From: Octopus sinensis
Lineage: Eukaryota
DNA: 64,000 bases
NCBI RefSeq assembly: GCF_006345805.1
Contig: NC_042998.1
Span: 185,628,001 to 185,692,000, forward strand
Direction: 5' to 3'
Shown here piece by piece: positions 25,219 to 39,200 of the stretch (its first letter is position 1; each line of letters starts with the position of its first letter). Both the position numbers and the translations under genes were made by a program. Under the pieces are notes generated by a model that saw nothing but the letters and a program-made list of their open reading frames with translations, was not told the DNA's origin and made no database searches.

Positions 25219-26508
25219 CTGGCAGGAAATAAAATAAAACAACAAAATTACTTTCCTATAAAGAATAACATAAAACAAATTTATGTAATTCATACAATTC
25301 TATCTTAAAAAGAACAACAATATCACAATTGAATAAAGCAATATTTTATTTTAGATCAAATATATCCGACATATACATTGGATAAAACTGGCTTGATCAT
25401 GACTTTGTGCATCTTATCAATTACAATAACGTTGTAAACAAGAGATTACATACTTCTGATCGAAATTGTAATAGCAGTTTCACTGAAAATATCGCTAAAA
25501 TATGGTATAAATTATTCTTCAGTATGGAAACATCACAAGCTGAGCTGTGAAGATTTTCATATAATCCATTTCACTTATAACCTAGTCCTGGAAAAATGTG
25601 GTCAAAATCAGCAACCTGGGGAATACTGAGTTCCACCAAGTTGACACATCCTTAGCACGCTACATGAAAATAAAGAGCCTTTATTTAACCAATAATGGAT
25701 ACTGGGCATATTTTCTTTTTTATCTTTTACTTGTTTTAGTCACTGGATTGTGGCCATGCTGAGGCACCGATTTGAAGGGTTTATCATCAACATCATCGTC
25801 TAACGTCCGTTTTTCATGCTAGCATGGGTTGGACGGTTTGACGGGGGTCTGTGAAGCCAGAAGGCCGCACCAGGCTCCAGTCTGATCTGGCAATGTTTCT
25901 ACAGCTGGATGCCCTTCCTAACGCCAACCACTCTGAGTGTAGTGGGTGCTTTTTATGTGCCAGGTGAGGCTGGCAACAGCCACAATGGGTTGGTGCTTTT
26001 TACGTGCTACCAGCACAGAAGCCAGTCAAGGTGGCGTTGGCATCGGCCACGTTCGGATGGTGCTTTTTACGTGCCACCGGCACAGGTACCACAGCTACAA
26101 TTTTCACTTGATTTTTTGATGTTGATGTACTTGACTCAATAGGTCTCCTCAAAAAATCAATCCCAGTACTTGTTTTTTGTTAAACCTCTTCTTACCAAAC
26201 CACTAAGTTACAGGGATGTAAACAAACCAATATTGGTTAAGTGGTGGTATGGGGACAAACACACACACAACAAGCTTCTTTCAGTTTCTGCCTATCAAAA
26301 CCACTAACAAAGCTTTGGTCAGGCCAAAGCTATTGTAGAAGACACTTGCCCAAAGTATCATGCAGTCAGACTGAACCTGGAACCATGTGGTTGAGAATTT
26401 AAAAATACTTTATAATCTTTAAAATATGCAATACATTTTTATGATAAATTGAAGCTTCAACCAAGAACATTTTTTTCACACATGGAAGAGAAAAATACAC
26501 ATATTTAC

Positions 26509-26651
26509 TGCCTTGGATCTTTTAATAGCAGACATCTGTGGAGATTTACTAGACGATATGTTATTGCTTTGACGTGGAGCATTCATGGGTGGAGATTCTT
26601 CTCGTTTCTGAGAGTTTGTGGAGTATAAATCAAGAACTTGATGGCATATAT
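26509..26651 (-). CDS. CCNK: Cyclin K coding exon 7
   Basis: (D)ICHQVLDLYSTNSQKREESPPMNAPRQSNNISSSKSPQMSAIKRSKA; cag| acceptor, gca|gtaaat donor. Confidence 0.9.
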
Positions 26652-27159
26652 CTGTGAAATAAGAGGAAAATATAAATCAATCAAAACACACAAAACCGGT
26701 AGAAAATTAATTTTTGTTTGTTCCACATTCAATCCCACCTAATTTTAATACATTTCAAAAACTGAATAAATTTTTTGTCATTTTTAAGTTTACAGTTTCT
26801 CTTTGTACTTGAAATAATCATAAGTCAACAAATGAAAGGAACAGATTTCAATTCAAAAATGTAATAGAGCAAAACTAACTTAAGAGTGCACAGAAAATTA
26901 ACCTTTCCAGTTTGTTCAGATCTGTTTCAGATAATTTTTACTTGAAGAATTTTCAAGATAAGAAGAATGTCTACTATCCATTGTATTCAAAAATTATTGA
27001 TCTGAATGAGAAAATACTTGATTTAGAAAACTGCTAACAAACATGCTCTTTCTTAACAAACAAGTTTTTTAAAAACATAAGCCAACATTTTTAGGAAGTG
27101 GGATAGTCAATTAAATTGATCTAAGTACTTGGATGGTATTTGTTTTATCTTCTGATAGG

Positions 27160-28812
27160 TATAAAATCTTCTGGCAAGATAACATGGATGGAGTAGGGGT
27201 TGTAGGCATACTCCTTGTGGAGAAATAGGTGGATAAGGTCATAGAGGTTGTCAGGTATGTGATAGAGTGCTTAAGCTCAGGCTAGTCCTGCAGAACAGCA
27301 CAGCTACAATTATCTCTGCCTATGCCCCACAAGTGGGCCTACCAAATGATCAGAAGGACCATTTTTATGATACCCTTCAACAGGCTACCTCAAAGACATG
27401 TGGCAATGACCTCATCTTTGCAGCTGTGAATTTTAATGGGCATGTTGGGCAGCATTCCGGTATCTTCACTGGTGTATATGGGGACCATGGTATTGGTTCT
27501 CGAAATGATGAGGGAACTAGGTTACTGGAGTTCTGTAAGGCATGTAACCTTTTAATCTGCAACACTAACTTCAGGAAGTCAGACAGCCATCTGATAACCT
27601 ATCAATCAGGTGACTCTGCTAGTCAGATTGATTTCATCCTCATCAGACAGCGAGACGCAGGGTTGCTCTTAAATACAAAGACCCTCCCAGGTGAAGAATG
27701 TAACCCCCAGCATAGACTAGTCATTAGTGACTTTAGACTAGAGGCCAGAAGGATGCCAAGAAGCAGACCAATCCAGAAAAGAAGGATTTAGAAGCTAAAG
27801 AACCCTTCACATGGTCAGAGATTTAGGGACATCCTCATCAAGAAATTTGATGAGAGGGAGGAGGAGCTACAGATCTTGGACATAGAAAGTAGTTGGAAAT
27901 TCCTACGGGACAGCTGAGTGCCACAGACCAAGTCTGCTGATGATACAAAGTCCCTTCCAGACCAAGAGTAACATGGTGGTGGAATAATACGGTAGGCAAA
28001 GCCATTATAGCAAAGAAACAGGCCTGGAAAACTTGGAAGGGTGGGGGTAGCAGGGAACTGTACCAGATAGCCAAAAAAGAGGCTGAGAGACAGGTATATA
28101 TGGCCAAGGGTGAAGTAGAAAAGAAGAAGTTTGCCAATGTCCAGTGACGTGAGGACTAAAGAACTGAAGTATTTTGGATTGCAAGACAGTGTGTGAGAAA
28201 AATTTGTGATGTTACAGGAGAGAAATGTGTCTGCATGAATGATGGTGCACTTGCTTTTAATGATTCTGCAAAGAAAGAGGCTTGGAGAAGCCATTATGAA
28301 AGACTGCTGAACGTGGAGAATGATTGGGAGGAGGAGAGCCTGCCAAATGGTGGGCAATGCAGAAACTGAGGATTGACGAATGATTAATAAGGGCTGTACA
28401 GGCCCTATACAGAGAGCAATGAATATAGTGAAGAATTCTGGTAGAAGTAGGCCCTCAGCCCCCTCTTATTCATCATAGTCCTCCAGGCAATAACAGTGGA
28501 ATTCAAGACAGGTTGCCTCCGGATGCTCCTCTATGCTGATGACTTTGCCCTCATAGCAGAATTACTACCAGAACTAGAGAAGAAATTTCAGGAGTGGAAG
28601 CAAGGTTTAGAATCAAAGGGCCTTAGAGTCAATGTCGCAAAGACCAAAGTTCTAGTAAGTAGGAAGGCAAACGAACCACACACCCCTTCAGGTAGGTGAC
28701 CATGCTTGATCTGTAGAAAACGTGTAGGTAGAAACTCCATAAGATGTACCCAGTGTAAGCTATGGACACATAAGAGGTGCAGCAACATGAAAGGGAGAAT
28801 ACCTGGGAAGAG
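27160..28812 (+). mobile_element. Decayed RTE-clade LINE (APE endonuclease, partial RT, Cys-rich C-terminal finger) in a CCNK intron, antisense
   Basis: Motifs IISAYAPQVG, FNGHVG, QIDFIL, LLYADD and CxxC..IRCTQCKLWTHKRC, interrupted by stops, frameshifts and deletions. Confidence 0.88.
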
Positions 28813-29075
28813 TTTTGTGTGTGTGTCTGTGTCAGTCCCCCCACCAACATCGTTTGACAACCGATGCTGGTGTGTTTATGTCCCCATAACTTAGCGGTTC
28901 GGCAAAAGAGACCGATAGAATAAGTACTAGGCTTACAAAGAATAAGTCCTAGGAGCGATCTGCTCGACTACAGGCGGTGCTCCAGCATGGCCGCAGTCAA
29001 ACGACTGAAACAAGTTAAAGAGTAAATATTATTTCAAACTTGTAAAAAAAGAAAATATCTGAAAATATTACAAAC

Positions 29076-29251
29076 CTTCCATAAGTTCCATGGTAATACC
29101 TTCTACAAACCATTCCCACCATTTCATTCGACTACCAGGTGGTTTACCATCCCATTCTTGGATATCAAACTTTGATAGTCGACTGGCTAGATACATGAGT
29201 GACACAGCGATAATTTCTGCTTCCCATTGCAGACACAGTGTTGTACATAAA
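29076..29251 (-). CDS. CCNK: Cyclin K coding exon 6
   Basis: [58 protein letters not shown]; phases fit both neighbours. Confidence 0.95.
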
Positions 29252-29482
29252 CTGAAATGATAGCAGGACATTATTTACATAATGAATTAAGGAAACAGAG
29301 TACAAGCAACTTTTACTGGTTTCAATATTTTTTATCTTTGTATTAGTTTCCACTGGATTAGTCAACGTTCCTTGATACATGTTGATCCCGTACCTCTAAT
29401 GAATCTTGTTCATTATTTACAAATCTAACATATTTCTTCCCATGTTTTTAATGGTGGAATTTGATCCATGTAGCCTCTACCT

Positions 29483-29712
29483 ATTTCTTTACTACCCACA
29501 AGGGGCTAAACACAGAGAGGACAAACAATGACAGACAGACGGATTAAGTCGATTACATCGACTCCAGTGCATAACTGGTACTTAATTTATCGACCCCGAA
29601 AGGATGAAAGGCAAAGTCGATCTCGGTGGAATTTGAACTCAGAACGTAATGGCAGACGAAATATGGCTACGCATTTCGCCCGGTGTGCTAATGTTTCTGC
29701 CAGCTCGCCACC
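29483..29712 (-). mobile_element. tRNA-derived SINE family D
   Basis: Near full-length copy similar to 20330-20540. Confidence 0.8.
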
Positions 29713-30164
29713 TTATCCATGTAGCCTATACCATCAACTCATCAAACCTTTATATCCAACATATTTTGTTCACACAAGAACAACCGTCTCTCATGCAATT
29801 AACAGTTTTCCTTATGCCATCTATTTACCACACAGTAGACTGTTTAACTTTGTATACAGATGAAGTTAGACAGTTTAGAGAAGGAACGGGCAATGTATTT
29901 ATCTTAACCTATTTAAGAGAAGACTTATTATGTGGCTATAAAACAAACTGTAAATGTCTGGCTTTGTAAACGTGTTCAACTTACGTAAGTCTGGAACAAA
30001 ATAGAAGAGATGAAAACAAAATGTAAATAATGTCCTAATGTCTTGCAAATATAGTAAATCAATAACTGATAGAAACTGAAATACAAGACATGTATTTTCA
30101 TTTCTCATGTGTAGAGTCCAAATATATTTTAAATTATCCTTTTTGTTTTTATCTTACTGTAATC

Positions 30165-30576
30165 GAATCTTTTCGGTTTGAACGGCAGTTTTTAACATAA
30201 TTTCTAGGTAACTAAAAAATTTTAAACTTCGTATACTGGTAGAATGTGTTTATAAAACATCTTATTCTCTTGGCTTTATTGAGAAAATTCTATAGTTTGT
30301 AAGATATTTGTTGTTTTTTTCCTTCAATTTCTGCAATTTCAACCAATCACTGACGTCTATTGAGGTAAAAAAAACATTCTATGCCGTATGAATATGTCCC
30401 TCGTTTAAGAAACAGATTGGGTTTATTTACATTTGTGAAGAAAAAAAAGATACCCTTCCCCCACCCTAACCCTAAAATAGATTGAAATGCAATAGATCGA
30501 TACTAGGGTCATAATTATGGGTGAAAATTTCATATGATACCGCTAGAAAAAACTGCCATTCAAACCGAAAAGATCC
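30165..30576. mobile_element. MITE family E (GGATCTTTTCGGTTTGAACGGCAG TIR, 8-bp TSD)
   Basis: TSD CTGTAATC. Confidence 0.9.
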
Positions 30577-30623
30577 CTGTAATCTTCTTTAATGTAAGCC
30601 AGAAAAAAGAACAAAACACTTAC

Positions 30624-30681
30624 TGGTCATTGATAAAAGTCCAAGCCATTTGTACCATACTCTGGATTTTAGCTTTGTCTC
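30624..30681 (-). CDS. CCNK: Cyclin K coding exon 5
   Basis: (G)DKAKIQSMVQMAWTFIND; tag| acceptor, ca|gtaagt donor. Confidence 0.93.
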
Positions 30682-30995
30682 CTAAAAAATAAAAGATGAA
30701 TATCTTTTTGTATTAAGATAGAGCTGGCAATGAAAACAATTTCTGCACTGAAGTCCTTAATAAGGGTCTTTAGACAAAGAAAATAAGTTATGATAATTCC
30801 AATAACTTTCATCATGTGGGAGTGGGGCTTCTTCCAGAAACATATGCTGTGTATGTGGCAAGAGGCTTGCTTCCCAACCATGTGGTACCTGGAACAAGTT
30901 TCACCAACTATAGCCTGGGCTGACCAGAGCCTTCTGAGTGGATTGGGTAGAGAGAAACTAAAAGAAGTCTGTGATATTATATATATAAATATATA

Positions 30996-32360
30996 CAGTC
31001 TAACCTGTCAATAACGAACTTTTTGTTTCATGAAATTTTTGAAAGTTTGTTATTGAGCCAGTTTTTAATATATATATCTGTCAATAACAAACCTTTTTTT
31101 GAGAAAAAAGTTATGAATTTAAGTCGTTTTCAGGTATTTAATTTACCTTGTGATATTATAACATTTTTAAAGAAAAGTTGGTTATTTTGACATTATGAAA
31201 AAAAAAAAGAAAAACAATTGTAAAAACAATTGACATAAAAGTTTAAATTTAAGATGGAAATTGTAGCTGTGATACCAGTGCCGGTGGCATGTAAGAGAAC
31301 CATCCAAACGTGGCTGTTGCCAGCGCCGCCCCGACTGGCCTCCATGCCGGTGGCACGTAAAAAAAAAGCTCCATCTGATTGTAGCCATTGCCAGCCACCC
31401 CTGGCACCTGTGCCGGTGGCACGTAAAAAGCACCCACTACACTCTCAGAGTGGTTGGCGTTAGGAAGGGCATCCAGCTGTAGAAACACTGCCAGATCAGA
31501 CTGGGCCTGGTGCAGCCTTCTGGCTTCCCAGACCCCAGTTGAACCGTCCAACCCATGCTAGCATGGAAAACGGACGTTAAACAATGATGATGATGATTTA
31601 ATTGTGTTCTTATCTCTGATGCTCAATTCTTCTTTGCAAGTGTCATAAATTCAAAAGTCTTTTCTGCTGAAAATTTGCTTTAAACTCACAGGGTAAAGCA
31701 CTGAACTGAGAATTTTAAGTTCATTGATTAATTCAAAGTATTTTTTTAAATCCAGCTTTATTAACTTGTTCTTCGTCAGTTGTCTCCTCTTCCATATCAT
31801 TATTTAGATTTGGAATTTACCATCTGACTTGTAAAATTTTTTGCTGCTTCTGGATTTCATAACTTTTTAGTTCAGTTAAAGTAACAGTATCATATTTTAA
31901 TTCCTTGAGTTCCTGGAGTGCATATTGCAACTCATATTCCCCATTTTCTAAACTCAATCCAACTGATGTTTTTCCAAGCAAATCTTCATTCACTGAATTC
32001 TGTATTTGGAGACCAGAATTTTTCCAGCAATTTACATTTGTCTCTTTTACAACCAAATCCCATGCCTGGACTGACCAAAAAATACCATCCAATAATAATG
32101 TTCCTTTTGAATTGACACTTTCACATTTTTATTAACTAAATTGTAAATAAAAATCGTATTGTAGTTGCACTTGAATGACCAAATTTTTCCTTGGTCCAAA
32201 GGTTGTAAATTTGCAGTTGTGTTCAAGGGTAGAAAAAAATGTTCTATATTTGAAAAGCTTTGTTGTTTGTGGCATGATGCATTATCAAGGAACAATACTT
32301 TTTTTCTGTTGTTTAAAAAAGTTAACATGTTAAATTCACTGTCATACAACTGGTGCTGTT
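30996..32360 (-). mobile_element. pogo/Tigger-like transposon relic, interrupted by a family C insertion
   Basis: TA|CAGTCTAACCTG terminus; minus-strand LFLDNASCH...FLPLNTTANLQPLDQG (DDE_1/CENP-B-like). Confidence 0.8.
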
Positions 32361-33084
32361 AGGTTCCATCTTCCATGATAAACATGTTTTGCCAGGGGGA
32401 AATATTAACTTGCATGGAAGCAGATAAGGATTGACAATAGAAAGGGCATCCAATCATAGAAAGTCTGCCTCATGGAGTCTCTTCTAGCCCACGCAAATAT
32501 AGAAAAGTAGAAGTTAAAATGATGATGATATATGTGTGTGGCAGACTTCCATACTGTTTCTGTCAATCAATTTTTACCCACAAAACATTGGTTAACTTGA
32601 GACTAAGTTACAAGACATACACGCAAGGTGCTGCACAATGGGATCAAACTCAGAACAAATGTAGTTGCAGAGTGAAGTACACAGCCATAAGCAGATGTGT
32701 AATACGGATCCTGAGAAATAGATGTAAATGAAATGACAACTGGCTTAAATAGGCAGGGAAATATTAAACCAATTATGATGTTATTAATTAAGTAAACTGA
32801 AACATAAGTTTGACACAGGAAAATAGTGGATGACTTAAATACTCATTTAATATAAAATGAGCCGAGAAGAAAAGTAATCACTGTAACTCACATTCCTGTA
32901 TAATATTGTGACATGCTACCCTCGAAAAGGAAGTTTTCATACTATACATAATCTATAAATTACCCTAATTCATAGTATAAGTTACCAAACTGCATTTGGA
33001 CAAAATACTTTCAAGTTACATAAAACAATTTTGTTATCATAAATGACATCTTTCAATGACTGTTAAGAGCAATAAGGAACTTAC

Positions 33085-33190
33085 CTTTTAAAATTTTGGC
33101 AAATTTTAAAAGAAAACTATATGGATGCTCCAAACGCAAGTCAAATTTGATTGTCTGTAACAAAATTCTTTCAAGAGTCATCACTTCTTC
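33085..33190 (-). CDS. CCNK: Cyclin K coding exon 4
   Basis: [35 protein letters not shown](G); canonical AG/GT. Confidence 0.97.
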
Positions 33191-33322
33191 CTGCAAAGAA
33201 TAAAAGTGTAAACAAAAGCTTTGACAGAGATGTAGATGTGTGTAAGAGAGAGAGAGAGACAGAAAGAGACTTTTAGCACAGATTACTGCTCAAAAACAAA
33301 ATGTAAACCTGGGTATGAAATA

Positions 33323-34110
33323 CAGGGGTTGGACAAAATAATGGAAACTCCTTAAAATTTCAAACAAATTTATTTTAATATGGGGTAGGACCACCTTTGG
33401 CAGTAATTACAGCTTGAATTCTATGAGGTATGGACTTGTACAAAGATTGAATTGCTTCCAAAGGAATTTTTGTCCATTCTTTGGATAAAACTGTCTCCAG
33501 TTCTTGTAGTGATGATGTTGGAGGATATCAACTCCTTACTTGTTTTTCTAAAATGCACCATAAATGTTCAATAATATTGAGATCTGGGGACTGTGGTGGC
33601 CAGATAAGATGTTCAACTTTACTAGAATGTTCCTCGTGTCATTCAGTAACAACTTTAGCTATGTGAATTAGTGCATTATCATCCTGAAAGATTGCGTTTC
33701 CCTCCGGAAACAGTTCCACAACCATAGGATGAATTTGATCAGATAAAATGCTTAAATAGTCTTGACTATTAATTCTGCCATGAAGGGAAACCATTGGGCT
33801 GACGGATTTCCAAGATATAGCCCCCCCCCCATTCATCACAGATCCTCCTTCATGTTTAACAGTTGGAAGAAGGCAGTGTGGGTCAAATGCTTCTTTTGGC
33901 TGTATACTTGGCTGATGGTTAGAAATAGAGTAAAGGATGACTTGTCCAAGAAAATAACATTCTTCCACCACTCTAAGGACCAATTCTGTAGGTTTTTACT
34001 CTACTCTAAACACTTTGCAACGTTTGTTTTTGAAAGTAGTGGTTTTCTGATTGCAGCCCTCCCATGAAATCTGGCTTTGTGCAGCTCCCAGCAAACAGTT
34101 TTTGTAGAGA
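33323..34110 (-). mobile_element. Tc1-like transposon fragment (DD34E transposase relic plus one TIR)
   Basis: TA|CAGGGGTTGGACAAAATAATGGAAAC terminus; minus-strand TVKHEGGSVM, FQDDNA, WPPQSPDLNIIEHLW, AKGGPTPY*. Confidence 0.9.
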
Positions 34111-34300
34111 ATTGCTGTATTAGATCACTGAATTACTTCACCAGGTAATCTTATGAATTTCCATGACCATGGAAAAAAATCAATGGCAACAATATTTAGC
34201 TGTCACCTTTGACTTTCCATCAAGTGTTTTCCATTTTGTACATACAATAATCTGTAAATGTAGAGGTTGAAAAAGATATTTTCTAAATGCCTTTACTTAC

Positions 34301-34432
34301 TTTAGGATCATCTCCAAAAACAGCAAACTGCTGAGGTGTCAGTAAACTTTGACACATTTTAATGATATCTTTACATTTCTTTGGTGTTTCTTCAACCTTC
34401 CCAGCAAGGAATAAGCAACAAGCTCCAGTTAC
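34301..34432 (-). CDS. CCNK: Cyclin K coding exon 3
   Basis: [44 protein letters not shown]; canonical AG/GT. Confidence 0.97.
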
Positions 34433-34582
34433 CTAATAACAAACACCAGAAAAATTGCTGAAATTTTATAAATATAATATTCATATTTTGTTTAATAACT
34501 GCTAAATATAACTCGTTCTATTACAAAAATTTTCAAAAATAGCAAATGTATTCTATGAGAAAAATAAAAAGACTGAAGCGTA

Positions 34583-35055
34583 CCGTAAATCCTCGAGTAT
34601 ATTATGCAGGTGATTTTTAGGAAGGCTGTACCTCTGAAAAACCTAAACTTTGTGTATAATATGCACCCCTTCTCTAACTTGAGCTGTGTGTAATTAAGCC
34701 AGCAGAACCTGGTCGAACAAACACTTCCGCACATGCGTAATACAATAATAGTGATGTTCTTAACTGTTATATGGGAATGTAAATATGTTTGCAAATTGTT
34801 TTTGTTACATGTTATTCTGTGTTCTGAATACTTTTATTTTAATAAATGTTGCTAACTGCAAATTATGGATGATTCTTTTATGACTTCATTGCTTTCAGAC
34901 TTAGCTCCTGAATAAACATTGCCAGACAGCAAATAGCAACTCGGACAACGCTTAGAAAATATTTTTCATTTTTAACCTTGTATATAGTACACACTAGAGA
35001 TTTTGACCGTTAAATTTTTGGGGAAAAAATGCGGATTATACTCGAGGATTTACAG
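34583..35055. mobile_element. Tc1/mariner (pogo-type) MITE
   Basis: TA|CCGTAAATCCTCGAGTATA...TATACTCGAGGATTTACAG|TA. Confidence 0.85.
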
Positions 35056-36154
35056 TATTTAAATACTAACTCTGCATGAAGACTCTTTGAATGTATGAAC
35101 AAGTTCATAAGAAATGCATAAAATGTGTGTATACAGTTAAAGGTGAAATTAAGCTATATGAAACCAATATGATTTCTAAGACCATAAAAATGATTTTAGT
35201 GAAGCTTTATTTTAATTTATTTCCCAATGATTAAATACCAAATATCTTAGAGATGTTTTAACAATTTTCACATTACTAACCTCAACTTTAAAGTGTATAT
35301 TTACACTATCCATATCTACATTATGTTCCTGTCAAATTTCCATTTGAGGTTCCAAAATATATTTTGTACAAGCTGATGTCTCTAATCAAAACTTGACTTC
35401 AATTATGCAATTGGTCCCCTGATTGGTTCCATATGATAACTACATCTTCATAAACAAAAATTTTGCCTTTAGAAGAATACTGAATCTACATCCATCTTTC
35501 ATGCAAGCTGATATAGGATGATTCTCGTAAATTTAGATATATATGCAAATAGTATACATATGTATACTATTGTAATAGATTCTACAACTGATGCCCTTCC
35601 AACTGATTGCTCAACCATTATGTAGTAAAATTTGCTGTCAACATGAGTGAATGAATAAGCTGGTTGTACCTCATCATAGTATACAAGACAAAGGCTGTGG
35701 TTAAATTTCTGCTTATATGTATGGGATGCTGCTGCAACACAACATCTTAAAATCTCACCCAAAAGAAGTTCATTCAACTGTTAGTCAATGATACCAACAT
35801 TCTGCAATCACAAGTTTTGAGAGACATAATTTCAGCATTTTGCTTCTTTTATTATTATTATTATTATTACGACAGCCTTGACTCTTCTGAATTAGCAAGT
35901 TGGATATCATCACCACCCAAGCCTACTTATCATTTGTATTAAATACTTCATCTAATTGTTCCTTCCCATGACTGCAACCCTATGGAATTTCCTCCCTGTG
36001 TACACTTTTCCTGCAGACAGTGACCTACAAAATGAATCTCAACCAGTCTGGGAGGGTTTATAAAAAGCAGAAGAACTGCCTCTCATCCTCTCTAACAGAA
36101 AACCCGAGCCCAACAACAATTATATTTTAATAAGTATTTTTATTTTTTACTTAC

Positions 36155-36236
36155 ATAACGATGGAACTCTCGGAATGAATGCAACATATAAAATCTGTGG
36201 AAATATACCACACCTGTACCACATGTATCAAATCTT
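36155..36236 (-). CDS. CCNK: Cyclin K coding exon 2
   Basis: [27 protein letters not shown] (cyclin box); cag| acceptor, |gtaagt donor. Confidence 0.95.
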
Positions 36237-39200
36237 CTGTGACAATGTTAAGGAAAATATGTTACATTAATCTAGCAAAAACAAAATGATTCTTTTCCTT
36301 ATCACTTTCCTAAAATAAGAGAAAATATATTATGAAAAACAAATACATAGATAAAAAGGTGATAAAATTTCTTAATCATTAAATGAGATGATTCTAGTTC
36401 AATCTCAAAATTATGGGGTGTGAGGAACAATGGGATCATGTACCAAAGTGTTAGTCCATTTTATGCCCACTTTTCTTGCTGGAAAGGGTTGGATGGATTG
36501 TCTAAATCAGATTCTATTTAGAGTTACTACCCTCCTAGGTAGGTTAGAGGATCACATCTCACTTTTTTTTATTCTGGCTTGGTTTCAATAGCAGACAATG
36601 TGACTAGAAGGTGAGTTGATGAGAGAGAGCAATGACCGATGGATAAGCATAAGTGGCTGAAGGGAGCAAAGGTATGATGGTAGACACAGAGAGCAATTGT
36701 GTGGAAGGGAATGACGGTTAGCAGTAGACAATGGCAAGAGAGAGTGATGGATATCAAGAGAAGAAGGAATGCTGATTAGCAGTAAAGAAATGGTAATGGT
36801 AAAGTGTATCAAGTATAAGAACACAAATGCAATTTCTTATACATAGGCCAAGTTATGAGAGAGTAATGAATTCTTTATTGCATTGAACACAGCGAGAGGA
36901 TCATGGCAGCTAATACTCATAGAACTGCTTCAAAAATCCTTCCCTCTCAGCAACAACTGTCTTGCATTCTCACCCATTCATGTTTTCCATGCAGCTATTT
37001 TAATCTCATTAATTTCAGAGAATTTGCAAAGATCATTAAACCACAGAAAAAATATATACCTAAGCTCATTATGAACAGACCCCACACCTGACATATAGAT
37101 CTCATACTGTAGATAGTAAGGTATTCAAATCTAGCAGACTCCATGCCAAAATAAAGGCCAAGAAAACATCAGTACACAGATAATGCCATCGTGCAACTTC
37201 CACAGACAATTAATGACATATAGACACATATGAGAATATTGCTCTACAGGCAACACAAAGTTTTGCATTAACAGGTACTCAACAGGTAGGAACCCTGTTT
37301 AGTCATTCATATATATGGATAGATGGAAGAAAATGTAAAGCACTTCCAATGCCTGGGTAGTTATTTATTACAGAATGCAGATATCAATGAGATCCAATAC
37401 AAGAAAAAAAACAAAAAAAAAACATACTGATGCACCTTTAATCCTCTGGGGAGCTGGCAGTATATTTATTGTCGTCAAGACCTGTTGAGGCAAGCGAAGT
37501 CGAAATCGAACCTCATCCGACGACAGGCACCCATGCCAACCTCCCTTCATTGGACACTAAATTCTGCTTGCAAAGACCTGTTGGGGCAAGTGAAATCGGA
37601 ATTGAAATTGAACCAATCCTATGACTGGCACCTGGCAGTTGCCAGGACCGCTGGACTGACTCCTGTGCAGGTGGCAAGTAAAGAAACACCATTTCGACCC
37701 TGTGCTTGAAGAGATCCATTGAGTCAAGTACACTGACATCAAAAATCAATGGAAATTGTAGTTGTGATCCCTGTGCTGGTGGCACGTAAAAAGCACCATC
37801 CGAACGTGGCCGATGCCAGCGCCGCCTAGACTGGCTTCTGCGCCGGTGGAACGTAAAAAGCACCAATCCGATCGTGGCCGTTGCCAGCCTCACCTGGCAC
37901 ATAAAAAGCACCCACTACACTCACGGCGTTAGGAAGGGCATCCAGCTGTAGAAACACTGCCAGATCAGACTGGAGCCTGGTGCAGCCTTCTGGCTTCCCA
38001 GATCCCCGGTAGAACCATCCAACCCATGCTAGTATGGAGAATGGACGTTAAACGATGATGATGATAGTTTTAACATCCAAATTTTAATGCTAGCATACTG
38101 GTTTTCAAGAATACCAAAACAAGTACACACCCACCCACACACAATAGATTTTTTTTGCAGTTTTTTACTTCAAAGTTCACTCACAAGACTTTGGTTGAAC
38201 CAAAGGTATAATAGAATGTACTTGCCCAAAGTGCCATGAAGTGCAACAGAAACCAAAACCATGTAGCTGGGAAAGCAAATTTCTTAATCACACAGACAAT
38301 ATTGCATTCGTAAATACCTTGTTTGTTTTTTTTATTTACTATCTTTTCAAACAGATATATAAGTAACATTTTCTAAATCAAATCAAAATCCATTTGATGA
38401 CTGGCATCTGTGCTAGCGGGGTGCAAAGAGCACCATACGAGTGTGATCGTTGACAGAGCGGATATTCGAGTATGATCGTTACCAGTGTCGCCTTACTGGC
38501 ACTTGTGCCTGTGCTAGTAGGGTGCCAAGAGCACTATCCGAGTGTGATCGTTGCCAGAGCAGCCAATTGGCTTCTGTACCAGTGGCATGTATAAGGGCAC
38601 CATTCGAGCGTGATCGTTACTAACGTCGCTTCACTGGCACCTGTAAAAAGATTTGAGCGAGGTCATTGGGAGTACCGCCTGATTGTCCCCCCCCCCGTGC
38701 CAGCGGCACGTAAAAAGCACCCACTACACTCTCGGAGTGGTTGGCGGTATGGAAGGGCATCCAGCTGTAGAAACTCTGCCAGATCAAGATTGGAGCCTGG
38801 TACAGCCATCTGACTTGCCAGCCCTCAGTCAAAATCGTCCAACCCATGCTAGCATGAAAAGCGGATGTTAGACGATGATGATGATGATATGATGAATGCT
38901 ATTGCATTATTCAAGACTGGATTTGAATATGCCACATTACAAGACAGATGCATCCCATTCATTTTCCCCAAGCCAATCTAATTGCAGCTTGAGTTTGTAG
39001 AATATAAAGTATTTTTGGGGTTTGTTTATCCTGCAAATAAGAAAAAAGTATGAAGACATTATGAGCAATAGGCGCAGGAGTGGTTGTGTGGTAAGTAGCT
39101 TGCTTACTAACCACATGGTTCTGATTTCAGTCCCACTGCGTGGCACCGTGGGCAAGTGTCTCCTACTATAGCCTCGGGCTGACCAAAGCCTTGTAAGTGG

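Noticed and set aside
25219-25293. N-terminal 25 aa of the 417-aa ORF
   Set aside because: Intronic polypyrimidine tract; the real exon starts at the acceptor at 25218.
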